In this document: in pieces, positions 44,823 to 53,518 of the stretch
How the letters are laid out: the number at the start of each line of letters is the position of its first letter
How positions within the stretch are numbered: position 1 is the stretch's first letter
Origin: Candidatus Methylomirabilota bacterium
GTDB taxonomy: Bacteria; Methylomirabilota; Methylomirabilia; Rokubacteriales; CSP1-6
Direction of reading: 5' to 3'
Assembly: GCA_035762565.1 (NCBI GenBank)
Contig: DASTOJ010000305.1
Location: forward strand, 6,835-70,834
Length of the DNA: 64,000 nucleotides
The notes under the pieces: generated by a model
Seen by the model: only the letters and a program-made list of their open reading frames with translations
What the model was told of the DNA's origin: nothing
Database searches by the model: none
Program-made: the position numbers and the translations under genes

Positions 44823-46157
44823 ATGAGTCTTCGCCGTCCACTCGCGCTCCTGGCAGTCGTCTCGCTGCTCGCGCTGCCCGGCCCGTGGCCGGTGGCGCCG
44901 GCGCCGCCCGCGGGCGCCCAGGCCGTCGACGTCTTCCTGAACATCACCGGCGGCGGCGCCCGCAAGATGAACATCGCCGTTCCCGAATTCACAGTCACGA
45001 CCGGTGCCGATTCCGCCGGTAGTGGCAAGCAACTGGCTGCCGTCACCGGCGCCGACCTCACGTTCTCCGGGCTCTTCAGCGTGGTGGCCGCGACCGGAGC
45101 CATCCCCGCCAACAACCCGGAGGCGTTGCGGCGGTCGTGGACGGAGTTCGCCGCGGCCGGCGCCCACGCCGGCGTGCACGGGCTGCTCGCCCTGCGCGGC
45201 GACCGCGCCGAGGCCGAGATGCGGCTCTACGACCTCACCACGCCCGAGCACCGGCTGATCGGGAGCAAGAAGTTCGAGCTGCCGGCCGCCCAGCTGCGCC
45301 GGCTCGCCCACAAGGTCGCCGACGAGGTGGTGATGCAGTTCACCGGCGAGCCGGGGATCGCCGACACCAAGATCGCCTACGTCGTGGGGCCGCTCGGCGC
45401 CAAGGAGATCGTGATGGCCGACTACGACGGCGCCGCGGTGGCGCCGGTGACGAAGAACGGCTCGATCAACCTCTCCCCGGTGTGGAGCCCCGACGCCCGC
45501 TCGCTGGCGTTCACCTCCTACAAGCAGGGCTATCCCGATCTCTACCGGGCGTTCCCGTTCGAGCGGCGGCCCGACCAGACGCTGGCCGCCTTCGTCGGCA
45601 TCAACTCCTCGCCCGCGTTCAGCCCCGACGGCCGCAGTCTGGCCATGACGCTGAGCAAGGACGGCAATCCCGAGATCTACATCCTCAACCTCGCCAGCGG
45701 CACGATGCGGCGACTCACCCGTCACGCCGGCATCGACACCGAGCCGACCTGGTCGCCCACCGGCCGCCAGATCGCCTTCGTGTCCGATCGCGGCGGCACG
45801 CCGCACATCTACGTGATGGACGCCGAGGGCGCCAACGTCCGCCAGCTCACCTCGGGCGGCTTTCACACGCAGCCGCGCTGGTCGCCCCGCGGTGACGCGA
45901 TCGCGTACACGCAGCGCGCCGGCGCCCACGACGTCTGGCTGGTCGAGATCGACGGCTCCAATCCGCGCCGGCTGACCTCGGGCGGCGACAACCAGGGAGC
46001 CACGTGGGCGCCGAGCGGACGCCATCTGGCGTTCCAGTCCAGTCGCCTCGGCCGCTGGCAGATCTTCGCGATGCTCGCCGACGGTACGGCGGCCGCGCCG
46101 ATCACGCGCGGGGCCAGCGAGAGCACAAGTCCCTCCTGGTCGCCTCGGCTGCCGTGA
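44823..46157 (+). CDS. tolB: TolB periplasmic beta-propeller protein, 444 aa.
   Basis: Signal peptide, TolB N-domain, then repeated WSPDG/WSPTG/WSPRG propeller blades. Confidence 0.85.
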   Translation: MSLRRPLALLAVVSLLALPGPWPVAPAPPAGAQAVDVFLNITGGGARKMNIAVPEFTVTTGADSAGSGKQLAAVTGADLTFSGLFSVVAATGAIPANNPEALRRSWTEFAAAGAHAGVHGLLALRGDRAEAEMRLYDLTTPEHRLIGSKKFELPAAQLRRLAHKVADEVVMQFTGEPGIADTKIAYVVGPLGAKEIVMADYDGAAVAPVTKNGSINLSPVWSPDARSLAFTSYKQGYPDLYRAFPFERRPDQTLAAFVGINSSPAFSPDGRSLAMTLSKDGNPEIYILNLASGTMRRLTRHAGIDTEPTWSPTGRQIAFVSDRGGTPHIYVMDAEGANVRQLTSGGFHTQPRWSPRGDAIAYTQRAGAHDVWLVEIDGSNPRRLTSGGDNQGATWAPSGRHLAFQSSRLGRWQIFAMLADGTAAAPITRGASESTSPSWSPRLP

Positions 46158-46204
46158 TACGATTGCGGGCGTCCAGACGCACGTCGACAAAGGAGGCAAC
46201 GAAG

Positions 46205-46828
46205 ATGCTAAGCCGCTGCGCGCACGTGACGATAACGTCGCTGCTGCTCACCGGTGTGATCCTGGCGGGGTGCGCGAAGCGGCCTGCGACCACGCAGGCG
46301 GCGGCCCCCGCGCCGACCGGTGCGGCAGCGACGACGGCCGGCTCCCCACCCGCCACCGCGGCGGCGCAGCCTTCGACGTCGGCGGGCGCAGGGACGGGAG
46401 CGGGTGGAGCGGCCACGGCGGCGCCAACGGGCCCGGGCCCGGCGACAGCCGCCGCGCCGGCGCGCCCGGACCCCAAGGTGTTCGTGCCGGTCCCGGAGCT
46501 GAAGGACATCCACTTCGACTTCGACAAGTACGACATCCGTCCCGTGGACGCGAAGGTCCTCGACAGCAACGCGACCTGGCTCAAGTCGAACCCCAACCAC
46601 CTCATCCTGATCGAAGGGCACTGCGACGAGCGCGGCACCAACGAGTACAACCTCGCCCTCGGCGAGCGCCGTGCCAAGTCGACGATGAACTACCTGGTCT
46701 CACAGGGCGTCCAGGCCAGCCGCATCACGATCATCAGCTACGGTGAGGAGCGGCCGGCGTGCGCGCAGAAGAACGAAGAGTGCTGGGCCAAGAACCGTCG
46801 CGCACACTTCCTCGTCAAGCCGCGCTAG
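46205..46828 (+). CDS. pal: Peptidoglycan-associated lipoprotein Pal (OmpA family), 207 aa.
   Basis: RBS AAGGAGG. Lipobox LAGCA. OmpA_C motif (IEGHCDERGTNEYNLALGERRA). Confidence 0.85.
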   Translation: MLSRCAHVTITSLLLTGVILAGCAKRPATTQAAAPAPTGAAATTAGSPPATAAAQPSTSAGAGTGAGGAATAAPTGPGPATAAAPARPDPKVFVPVPELKDIHFDFDKYDIRPVDAKVLDSNATWLKSNPNHLILIEGHCDERGTNEYNLALGERRAKSTMNYLVSQGVQASRITIISYGEERPACAQKNEECWAKNRRAHFLVKPR

Positions 46829-47742
46829 CGCCCGCCGGGTGGGCGGCACGGCGGCGCGGGCGCCGCGCCGCGGGGTTGTCCGCCATCGGGCTGGTCTTCC
46901 TCGCCGGTTGCGCCAGCGTCGCCGACGTCACCGGCACCGCGACGCAGGAGGACCTCATGCAGCTGCGGGCCGAGGTCGCGTCGGCGCAGCAGACCGCCCA
47001 GCGCGCCCGCAGCGAGGCCGAGGGTGCGGCGGCGCGCGCCGTGGACGCACGGCTGCGCGCGCAGAGCACCGAGGGCGAGCGTCAGCTGGCCGCGCTGAAC
47101 CGGCGCCTCGACGGCCTGACCACCTCGCTGACCGAACTGGGCACGCGGGTCGACGAGCTGGCCTCGCGCGTCGACGCGGTGGGCCGCCAGCTCAAGAGCG
47201 CCGCCCCCGCCGCTCCAGCCGCTCCAGCCGCACCTCCGCGGACCACGACACCCACGGCGCCCGCGACCGCGCCGCCGCCCGTCCCGGCCCCCGCGGGCAC
47301 ACGGCCGGCGACGAATGCGCTGCAGCCACAGGACATCTACCAGGCCGCCTACATCGACTTCAGCAAGGGGAGCTACGCGCTGGCCATGGCGGGCTTCCGC
47401 GAGTTCCTGCGCCGCTTCCCGGAGCACCCCCTCGCGGGCAACGCCCAGTACTGGATCGGCGAGTCGCACTTCAGCCTCGCTCGGAGCCACGTCAACGCCG
47501 GGCAGACGGACAAGGCGGTCCAGGAAATGGAGCAGGCGGTCCTGGAATTCCGGAAGGTGCTGGCGAACTACCCGCGCGGAGAGAAGGCCCCGACCGCGCT
47601 GTACAAGGAAGCGCTGGCGCTGCTCGACCTCAAGCAGCCAGGACTGGCGCAGCAGCGCCTGGAGTATCTCGTCGCCAATTTCCCCCAGGCCGAGGAAACA
47701 CCGCTCGCCCGCGATCGCCTCGCCACCCTCAAAACTCGCTGA
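46759..47742 (+). CDS. cpoB: CpoB/YbgF (Tol-Pal-associated coiled-coil plus TPR protein), about 320 aa. Start ambiguous (GTG 46759 or 46780).
   Basis: Signal peptide with LAGCA, coiled-coil (LRAEVASAQQTAQRARSE...), C-terminal TPR-like YbgF region (YQAAYIDFSKGSYALAMAGFREFLRRFP). The reading frame overlaps the pal 3' end by 50-70 nt. Confidence 0.75.
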   Translation: MRAEERRVLGQEPSRTLPRQAALAPAGWAARRRGRRAAGLSAIGLVFLAGCASVADVTGTATQEDLMQLRAEVASAQQTAQRARSEAEGAAARAVDARLRAQSTEGERQLAALNRRLDGLTTSLTELGTRVDELASRVDAVGRQLKSAAPAAPAAPAAPPRTTTPTAPATAPPPVPAPAGTRPATNALQPQDIYQAAYIDFSKGSYALAMAGFREFLRRFPEHPLAGNAQYWIGESHFSLARSHVNAGQTDKAVQEMEQAVLEFRKVLANYPRGEKAPTALYKEALALLDLKQPGLAQQRLEYLVANFPQAEETPLARDRLATLKTR

Positions 47743-47760
47743 GGGGCTTGCTCGGGGATG

Positions 47761-47875
47761 GGGCCATCTGGAGGCCCGGGCGGGTGATCGAGGCGCGCCA
47801 CGGCTTCCGCCGGGGCGCGACGAGCGTCGGGGGGGCTTGGGGGGCCCTTCGAGGCCCCCCCATGTAGTCAATCCA
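47761..47875. repeat. Intergenic GC-rich palindromic repeat, copy B. Contains the 8-bp GGGGGGCC/GGCCCCCC hairpin at 47839-47860, a likely bidirectional terminator between ybgF and the anti-sigma gene.
   Basis: About 80% identity to 13969-14082. The hairpin loop differs (CTTCGA versus ATCTCGG) while the stem is preserved. Confidence 0.7.
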
Positions 47876-48350
47876 GGCCGAAGACCCACACGACGGCGAC
47901 ATCCTGCTCTTTCGTGGAGTAGACCATCACGGTGCCGCGGGGATCCTCGGTGCTGGCGGACGTGACGAGGACCCCGGCCTCGGAAGGCCGCGGACCCGGC
48001 GCCCACTGCCAGACGCCGGCCGCCACCAGCAGAGCCGCGAGCGCGCCGCCCACCGCCCACCGCGGGCGCGACAATGGCTGCCACCAGCGTCGCTGCCGGG
48101 CGGGAACGGGCCGGGCGTCGCGGCGGTCCTCGATGCCACGCACGACGCCCTGCCAGAAGCCGGTCCAGTCCGGCTCGGCCGGGCTCAGGCTGCTCCGAAG
48201 GAGCCCACGGAGACGGCGCAACTCCTCGGCCTCTCGCTGGCAACTCCCACAAGAAGCGAGGTGAGCGGCCGTGGAGCGCGCCGTCTCCTGGTCCAGAGCC
48301 CCATCGAGGTAGGCGCCGATACGTCGCCGGGTCCGATAGCAGATCAACAC
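47868..48350 (-). CDS. Putative zinc-finger (zf-HC2) anti-sigma factor with one TM segment, 160 aa.
   Basis: N-terminal HLASCGSCQRE (HxxxCxxC) motif, TM segment ALAALLVAAGVW. GTG/TTG start. No sigma factor gene is adjacent. Confidence 0.55.
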   Translation of the reverse strand: MLICYRTRRRIGAYLDGALDQETARSTAAHLASCGSCQREAEELRRLRGLLRSSLSPAEPDWTGFWQGVVRGIEDRRDARPVPARQRRWWQPLSRPRWAVGGALAALLVAAGVWQWAPGPRPSEAGVLVTSASTEDPRGTVMVYSTKEQDVAVVWVFGLD

Positions 48351-48537
48351 AGGCGTTGGACGGCCCCTCCCCCCTCGCTATTCTCGACACCGGATGATAC
48401 CCGAACTCCTCGTCAGCCTTACCCTCCCCGGCGGCCCTCGCCCGCCATCGCAGCGGCCTGGGACCTCCAGCCCGGCTGGCCCTGCCTCTTTCGGCGGGTG
48501 CCGCCGCCCTCGACGACTGGGCCGGGAAGCTGGCGAC

Positions 48538-49149
48538 CTAGATCCGGGGCAGGCGCATCGGGGTGGCGGTCCCGGCCGACAGAATGACGCGCAGCCCTTC
48601 TTCGACGGTGAGGCCCGTGAAGATGACGTCGCTCCGGGGAACGACCACGACGTCGCCCAGGTACAGGTTGTTGGTCGGGACGAAGACCGTCACCATTTCC
48701 CCCTTGCCGACCGGCGACTCCAGGACCAGCTCGCTGGTGACGAAGGCGAACGCCCACGTTCCCTCGCGGGGATGCTGGACGAGGACGACGGCCTTGAACG
48801 AGCCGCGCCGTTCCGGGGAGAAGGAATCGATCAGCATCTTGATCGACGGGTAGAGCAGGCGGAACACGGGGACCCTGAGCAGGAGCTTGTCACCCAGGGC
48901 CAGCACCCGCCGGCCGACGACGTTTCGCGCGATCGTGCCCATCAGTAAGATGATGGCCACCGCCGTCAGGAAGCCGAGGCCCGGCACCGGGCGGCCGAAG
49001 ATCTGGAAGTACATCGGCGCGAAGAAGTCGTCGATCTTGACCCAGAAGACCCACAGGATCCAGGCGGTGACGAAGGCGGGGAGGGTGACGAAGATCCCGG
49101 CGATGAAGCGAAGCTTCAACCAGGTCCTCAGTCCCGCGCGATCGCTCAT
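48538..49149 (-). CDS. DUF502-family membrane protein, 203 aa.
   Basis: Start at MSDRAGLRTWLKL. Has FKAVVLVQHPREGTWAFAFVT and VFVPTNNLYLGD, the typical DUF502 signature. Confidence 0.7.
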   Translation of the reverse strand: MSDRAGLRTWLKLRFIAGIFVTLPAFVTAWILWVFWVKIDDFFAPMYFQIFGRPVPGLGFLTAVAIILLMGTIARNVVGRRVLALGDKLLLRVPVFRLLYPSIKMLIDSFSPERRGSFKAVVLVQHPREGTWAFAFVTSELVLESPVGKGEMVTVFVPTNNLYLGDVVVVPRSDVIFTGLTVEEGLRVILSAGTATPMRLPRI

Positions 49150-49161
49150 ACCCGATCGATC

Positions 49162-49896
49162 ATGACACCGAAGCGCGAAGATCGCAAAGCGAGGCCGCGC
49201 GCGCTCGTCACCGGCGGCGCCATCCGGCTGGGTCGCGCGATCGCGCTGGGGTTGGCCGCTTCCGGGATGGACGTGGCGATCGGCTACCACGGCTCGGGTG
49301 CCGCCGCCCGGGCCACGGTGCGGGAGCTCGAGGCCGCCGGCGCCCGCGCCCTCGCCGTGCGGGCCGATCTCGCCGACCCGCGGGCGGCCCGGCGGCTGGT
49401 GACGGCCGCGGCGGGCGCGCTCGACGGGCTCGACGTCCTGGTGAACAGCGCGGCCCGCTTCGCTCGCACGCCGCTCGCGACGGTGAGCCCCGCCCGGTAC
49501 GACGCGCTGCTCGACGTCAACCTTCGCGGCGCCTTCTTCTGCGCCCAGGCCGCAGCCGCGGCGATGACCAGCGGCGGCCACATCGTGAACATCGGCGACG
49601 TGATCACCGAGTTGGCGCGGCCAGGCTGGATTCCCTATACGCTGTCCAAGGCGGGAATACAGGCCATGACACGCGGCCTCGCCGTGGAGCTGCGCCCCCG
49701 CGGCATCGCCGTGAACTGCGTGGCCCCCGGCGCCGTCCTCAAGCCCGACCGGCTCCCCCTCGCCCGCTGGCGCGACATCGCCAAGAACCACGCCGGCCAT
49801 CCCGGCGACGTCGTCGCCGCCGTCGTGTTCTTCGCCACCTGCCCCCTCTACATCACCGGCCAGATCCTCCGAGTCGACGGCGGCGAAACCGCCTGA
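49162..49896 (+). CDS. SDR-family oxidoreductase (short-chain dehydrogenase/reductase), 244 aa.
   Basis: TGGAIRLGRAIALGLAASG (Rossmann fold), NSAA, and the catalytic YTLSKAG. Confidence 0.8.
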   Translation: MTPKREDRKARPRALVTGGAIRLGRAIALGLAASGMDVAIGYHGSGAAARATVRELEAAGARALAVRADLADPRAARRLVTAAAGALDGLDVLVNSAARFARTPLATVSPARYDALLDVNLRGAFFCAQAAAAAMTSGGHIVNIGDVITELARPGWIPYTLSKAGIQAMTRGLAVELRPRGIAVNCVAPGAVLKPDRLPLARWRDIAKNHAGHPGDVVAAVVFFATCPLYITGQILRVDGGETA

Positions 49897-49946
49897 CCCA
49901 CCGATCGTCGCGCCAGGCTCCGACCCTCACCTTTCCAGCGCGGGCA

Positions 49947-49966
49947 TTCGAGCGCCGGCTGCGCAG
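49947..49966. terminator. GC hairpin GGCTGCGC-aggc-GCGCAGCC between the convergent SDR and PepM genes. Candidate bidirectional terminator.
   Basis: Perfect 8-bp stem with a 4-nt loop; no U-tract (common in high-GC genomes). Confidence 0.35.
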
Positions 49967-49986
49967 GCGCGCAGCCCCCTCCGAGC

Positions 49987-51591
49987 CTAAATACTCGACG
50001 CGTCGATGAGGTCGGCGAGGTTGTTGACGTTGACCCAGCCGCCGCGCGTGTAGACCAGCGTCACCGGCCGGTCCCGGGCCAGCACGCGCGTGAGCAGGTC
50101 CGAGAGCCGCGCGCGGGGCAGCGTGCCGTCGGCGCGCGCCTCGGCGATCGCCTCGCGCAGCCACGCGGCGCCCCCGCGGCCCGCGTGCAGCAGGCCCAGC
50201 CAGGCGCCGTGGCTCGAGGCGGGCTCGACGCCCTCGCCGACCGCCGCCAGGCGCACGGGCTCGAAGCTGAACCGCCCCGCGTCGGGACGGCTGCCCTGCA
50301 CCCGGTCCGGCGCGCCCTGTCCGGCCAGCGCGCTGTCGACCGACAGCGTGATCCCCTCGCCCGCCTCCTCGAGCAACGCCTGGACGATGTGGCGCTTGAC
50401 GACGATGTCACCGAACGCGATCAGTGTGCCGGGAACCAGCGCCGCCTCGGCCAGCGCCAGCGAGTAAGCCTCGCCGGTCGTCGCGAACTCGGCGTTGTCC
50501 ACGAAGCGGGCGGCGGGCACATCCACCGCGTCCGCGCGGTACCCGCGCACGACGGTGACGGCTCGGCAGCCGAAGTGGCCGAGGTCGTCGAGCAGCCGGG
50601 CCAGGATCGGCCGGCCCTGCACCTTGAGCATGGCCTTGGGCACCGCGGCGGTGAGCCCGCCGAAGTCGTCGCCAGCCCCGGCCGCCAGCACGATGGCCGA
50701 GAGCGCGTCCCCCCGGGTCGCCGGCAGATAGCGCCGCTCGGCCTCCTCCAGCTCCTCGTCGCCCTGCAGCCGGAAGACCTCCGGCAGCGGCGCCACCTGC
50801 GGCTCCACGTTCAGGAGCGTTTCTTCCTCCCGGAGTCGCCGGGCCGTGGCCTGCATGGCACCGACGGCCGCGCGCAGCAGGTGGTTCGCCCACACGACGG
50901 CGCTCACACCACGGGCACGGAACTCGGCGGTGGGCGTGCGCCAGTACTTGGTCGGCACGAGCACCACCGGCGCGCGGTTCGCCCATTCGTCCAGGAACGC
51001 GAAGATCTCGGCCGCGCTCGACTGGCGGCTGTGGATGAGGATCGCGTCGGCGCCGGCCAGCTGATAGGCCTCGGCGCGGCGGATGGCCTCGGCCAGGCCC
51101 CACCCGGCGATCAGCGCCTCCACGCGCGCGACCAGCACGAAGTCGGGGTCGGTCTGGCTGTCCTTGCCCGCCTTGATCTTGCCGCAGAACTCCCCGACGT
51201 CGGCCAGCGGCTGCTGCTCGGAGCGCAGGAACGAGTTGGTCTTGGGAAACAGCTTGTCCTCGATCGTGACGCCCGCGGCGCCGACCTGCTCCAGCTTGCG
51301 GACCAGCCGCCGCATGTTGTTGAAGTTGCCGTACCCGGTGTCGCCGTCGATCAGGATCGGCGTCGCGCCGGCGGCGTCGGCCATGAACCCGACGTGGTCG
51401 ACCACCTGCGACCACGACAGCTCGTTGTTGTCCCGGACGCCGAACGAGGCCGATATCGTGAGGCCGCTCGCCCACACGCCCTCGAAGCCCGCCTCCGCCG
51501 CGATGCGGGCGGACACGCCGTCGTGGGCCTCCATGAGGAAGGCGGTCCCAGGGCGGGTCACCAGTCCACGCAGCACGCTCGTGCGTCGCAC
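49987..51591 (-). CDS. pepM: Bifunctional phosphoenolpyruvate mutase (PepM; N-terminal ICL/PEPM TIM barrel) fused to a C-terminal nucleotidyltransferase (cytidylyltransferase-like) domain, 534 aa.
   Basis: Has the PepM-specific EDK-x5-NS motif (GVTIEDKLFPKTNSFL) plus FLMEAHDGVSARIAAEAGF. C-terminal NTP-transferase Gly-rich start AIVLAAGAGDDFGG...KAMLKVQGRPIL. GTG start 1 nt after the ppd stop. Confidence 0.8.
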   Translation of the reverse strand: MRRTSVLRGLVTRPGTAFLMEAHDGVSARIAAEAGFEGVWASGLTISASFGVRDNNELSWSQVVDHVGFMADAAGATPILIDGDTGYGNFNNMRRLVRKLEQVGAAGVTIEDKLFPKTNSFLRSEQQPLADVGEFCGKIKAGKDSQTDPDFVLVARVEALIAGWGLAEAIRRAEAYQLAGADAILIHSRQSSAAEIFAFLDEWANRAPVVLVPTKYWRTPTAEFRARGVSAVVWANHLLRAAVGAMQATARRLREEETLLNVEPQVAPLPEVFRLQGDEELEEAERRYLPATRGDALSAIVLAAGAGDDFGGLTAAVPKAMLKVQGRPILARLLDDLGHFGCRAVTVVRGYRADAVDVPAARFVDNAEFATTGEAYSLALAEAALVPGTLIAFGDIVVKRHIVQALLEEAGEGITLSVDSALAGQGAPDRVQGSRPDAGRFSFEPVRLAAVGEGVEPASSHGAWLGLLHAGRGGAAWLREAIAEARADGTLPRARLSDLLTRVLARDRPVTLVYTRGGWVNVNNLADLIDASSI

Positions 51592-51592
51592 G

Positions 51593-52741
51593 TCAGCCTC
51601 CCAAAACGGCCGCCCGGAAACGGTCCCGGAGCGCCGCCGGTGCGTAGGGAAGACGCGGCACATCCGCCTCCTCGGCCGTGACCTTGACGAGCACGAAATG
51701 CGGGCCGTCGCTGGCCAGCGCGCCGCCGAGAGCGGCGTCCAGCGTCCACGGCTCGCTCACCGCCGTGGCGCTGGCGAACCCGGCGGCCGCCGCCAGACGG
51801 TCGAGCCGGACACCGCGCGAGAGCGAGGCCTGGTTGCCCGTCGAGCCGTAGACCTCGTTGTCGAACACGAGGTGCAGGAGGTTGGCGGGGCGCTGGGCGG
51901 CGATCATGGCCAGGATCCCCAGGTTCATCAGGAGATTGCCGTCCCCGTCGAAGACGACGACGCGACGGGTCGGCTGGGCCAGCGCCAAACCGAGCGCGAT
52001 CGCCGGCGCCAGCCCCATGGAGCCGATCATGTAGAAGCTCTGCGGCCGGTCGGCCAGCGAGAAACTCTCACGGCAGATGTAGCCGTTGGCGTGCGTGATC
52101 GGCGCGTCCCCGGCCGCCTTGAGGGCGATCCCCAGCGCGGTGAGCCGCGACATCGTCGGGGGGGCGAGCGCTCCCGCCGCCACCGGAGGCGGAGCGATCG
52201 GCGCGGCCGGCGTCGCGCGCGCCGCCGGCGCGGCCGGCCCGACACCACCGGTCTCGACGACCCGGGGCGGGACGAGCAGCGCCACCGGCGCCAGGCGCGC
52301 CTCCATCGCGGCGGCGGCCCAGGCCAGGTCGGCGTCGATCGAGTCGGCGGCCAGCACGCGGTGCGGGACGCCGAGCAGCTCGAGCAGCCGCGGGGTGATC
52401 TCGCCCGTCAGGATGTGCTCGGGCGCATCCTTGCCGCCGAAGCCCCGCCACGTCACCACCAGCAGCGCCGGCAGGCCGTACATGAGCGAGAGCGAGGCCA
52501 GGGCGTTGAGGCTGGTGCCGAGCCCGGAGTTCTGCATCAGCACCGCCGGCCGCCGGCCGCCGAACCAGGCGCCCGCCGCGACCCCGACCGCGGCGTCCTC
52601 GCGCACGGCTGCCACGTAGGGCGCGCGGGAGCCCCCCTCGAGCACGGCGATGAGATCCTCGATCAACGAGCAGGGCACGCCGGTGAAGAAGTCGAAGCCG
52701 TGGCGCTCGAGACCGGCGGCGAACTCGCGGCCGGAGATCAC
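51593..52741 (-). CDS. ppd: Phosphonopyruvate decarboxylase (thiamine-diphosphate-dependent, fused alpha/beta type), 382 aa.
   Basis: N-terminus MISGREFAAGLERHGFDFFTGVPCSLIEDL is typical of Ppd. TPP-binding motif GDGNLLMNLG. Located immediately upstream of pepM. Confidence 0.8.
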   Translation of the reverse strand: MISGREFAAGLERHGFDFFTGVPCSLIEDLIAVLEGGSRAPYVAAVREDAAVGVAAGAWFGGRRPAVLMQNSGLGTSLNALASLSLMYGLPALLVVTWRGFGGKDAPEHILTGEITPRLLELLGVPHRVLAADSIDADLAWAAAAMEARLAPVALLVPPRVVETGGVGPAAPAARATPAAPIAPPPVAAGALAPPTMSRLTALGIALKAAGDAPITHANGYICRESFSLADRPQSFYMIGSMGLAPAIALGLALAQPTRRVVVFDGDGNLLMNLGILAMIAAQRPANLLHLVFDNEVYGSTGNQASLSRGVRLDRLAAAAGFASATAVSEPWTLDAALGGALASDGPHFVLVKVTAEEADVPRLPYAPAALRDRFRAAVLGG

Positions 52742-52751
52742 TGCGGCCCGC

Positions 52752-53447
52752 TCAGGGCGCGACGATCCGGCCGCCGCCCATCGTCCGCAAGAAATCGCCG
52801 AGGGAGGCGAAGCGCATGAACGGGTTCTGCCGCTTCTCGGCGCCGATGGTGGACGACGGGCCGCCGTAGTTGTGGCCCGGAAACAGCAGCGTGTCGTCGG
52901 GCAACGCTCCCAGCCGCTGGGTGAGCGAGTAGTACATCTCGCTCGGGTCGCTGCCCGGCAGGTCCGTGCGGCCGCAGGAGCCGATGAACAGCGTGTCGCC
53001 GGAGATGAGCCGGCCGTCGACGAGGAAGCACTGCGAGCCCGGCGTGTGACCGGGTGTGTGCAGGAATGTCAGCTTCAGGCCTCCGACGTCGAGCGTGTCG
53101 TGGTTGTCCACCTTCACCAGATCCGAGCCGAGGCCCGGCAGGAACTCCCGCTCGGCCTTGTGCACGTACACCTTGGCGGGCACGCGGGCCAGCAGCTCCT
53201 CCACGCCCGCGATCCGGCCCGGCATACCCCACGAGGCGAGGCTGCCGCCGACGTGGTCCTGATGGGTGTGGGTGACGAGCGCCCCGGCGATCGTCATGTC
53301 GTCGGCGGCGGCGGTGTCGACGATGGCGTCGATCTCCCAGGCTGGGTCGACGACGACGCACCGGCGCGCCACCGGATCGCCCACCAGGTAGACGAAGTTC
53401 TGCATCGGTCCCAGCTCGAGCTGCTTGAGGTAGATACCGCCGGCCAT
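52752..53447 (-). CDS. MBL-fold metallo-hydrolase (glyoxalase-II-like), 231 aa. First gene of the phosphonate module.
   Basis: Start at MAGGIYLKQ, preceded by GGAGGG. THTHQDHVGG (HxHxDH), HTPGHTPGS, and a C-terminal GHNYGG. Confidence 0.65.
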   Translation of the reverse strand: MAGGIYLKQLELGPMQNFVYLVGDPVARRCVVVDPAWEIDAIVDTAAADDMTIAGALVTHTHQDHVGGSLASWGMPGRIAGVEELLARVPAKVYVHKAEREFLPGLGSDLVKVDNHDTLDVGGLKLTFLHTPGHTPGSQCFLVDGRLISGDTLFIGSCGRTDLPGSDPSEMYYSLTQRLGALPDDTLLFPGHNYGGPSSTIGAEKRQNPFMRFASLGDFLRTMGGGRIVAP

Positions 53448-53491
53448 CGGGCTCCGCCCTCCGAGGGTCTCCATCCTACCGCACCCGGCCA

Positions 53492-53517
53492 CGCGGGGGC
53501 CCTTCGGGCCCCACGCG
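53492..53517. terminator. Strong GC hairpin (CGCGGGGGCCC-ttc-GGGCCCCaCGCG) between the small Arg-rich protein gene and the MBL gene.
   Basis: 7-8 bp G:C stem. Its loop/stem resembles the hairpin of the 13969/47761 repeat family (GGGGGCCCTTCG(A)GGCCCC). Confidence 0.35.
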
Positions 53518-53518
53518 G

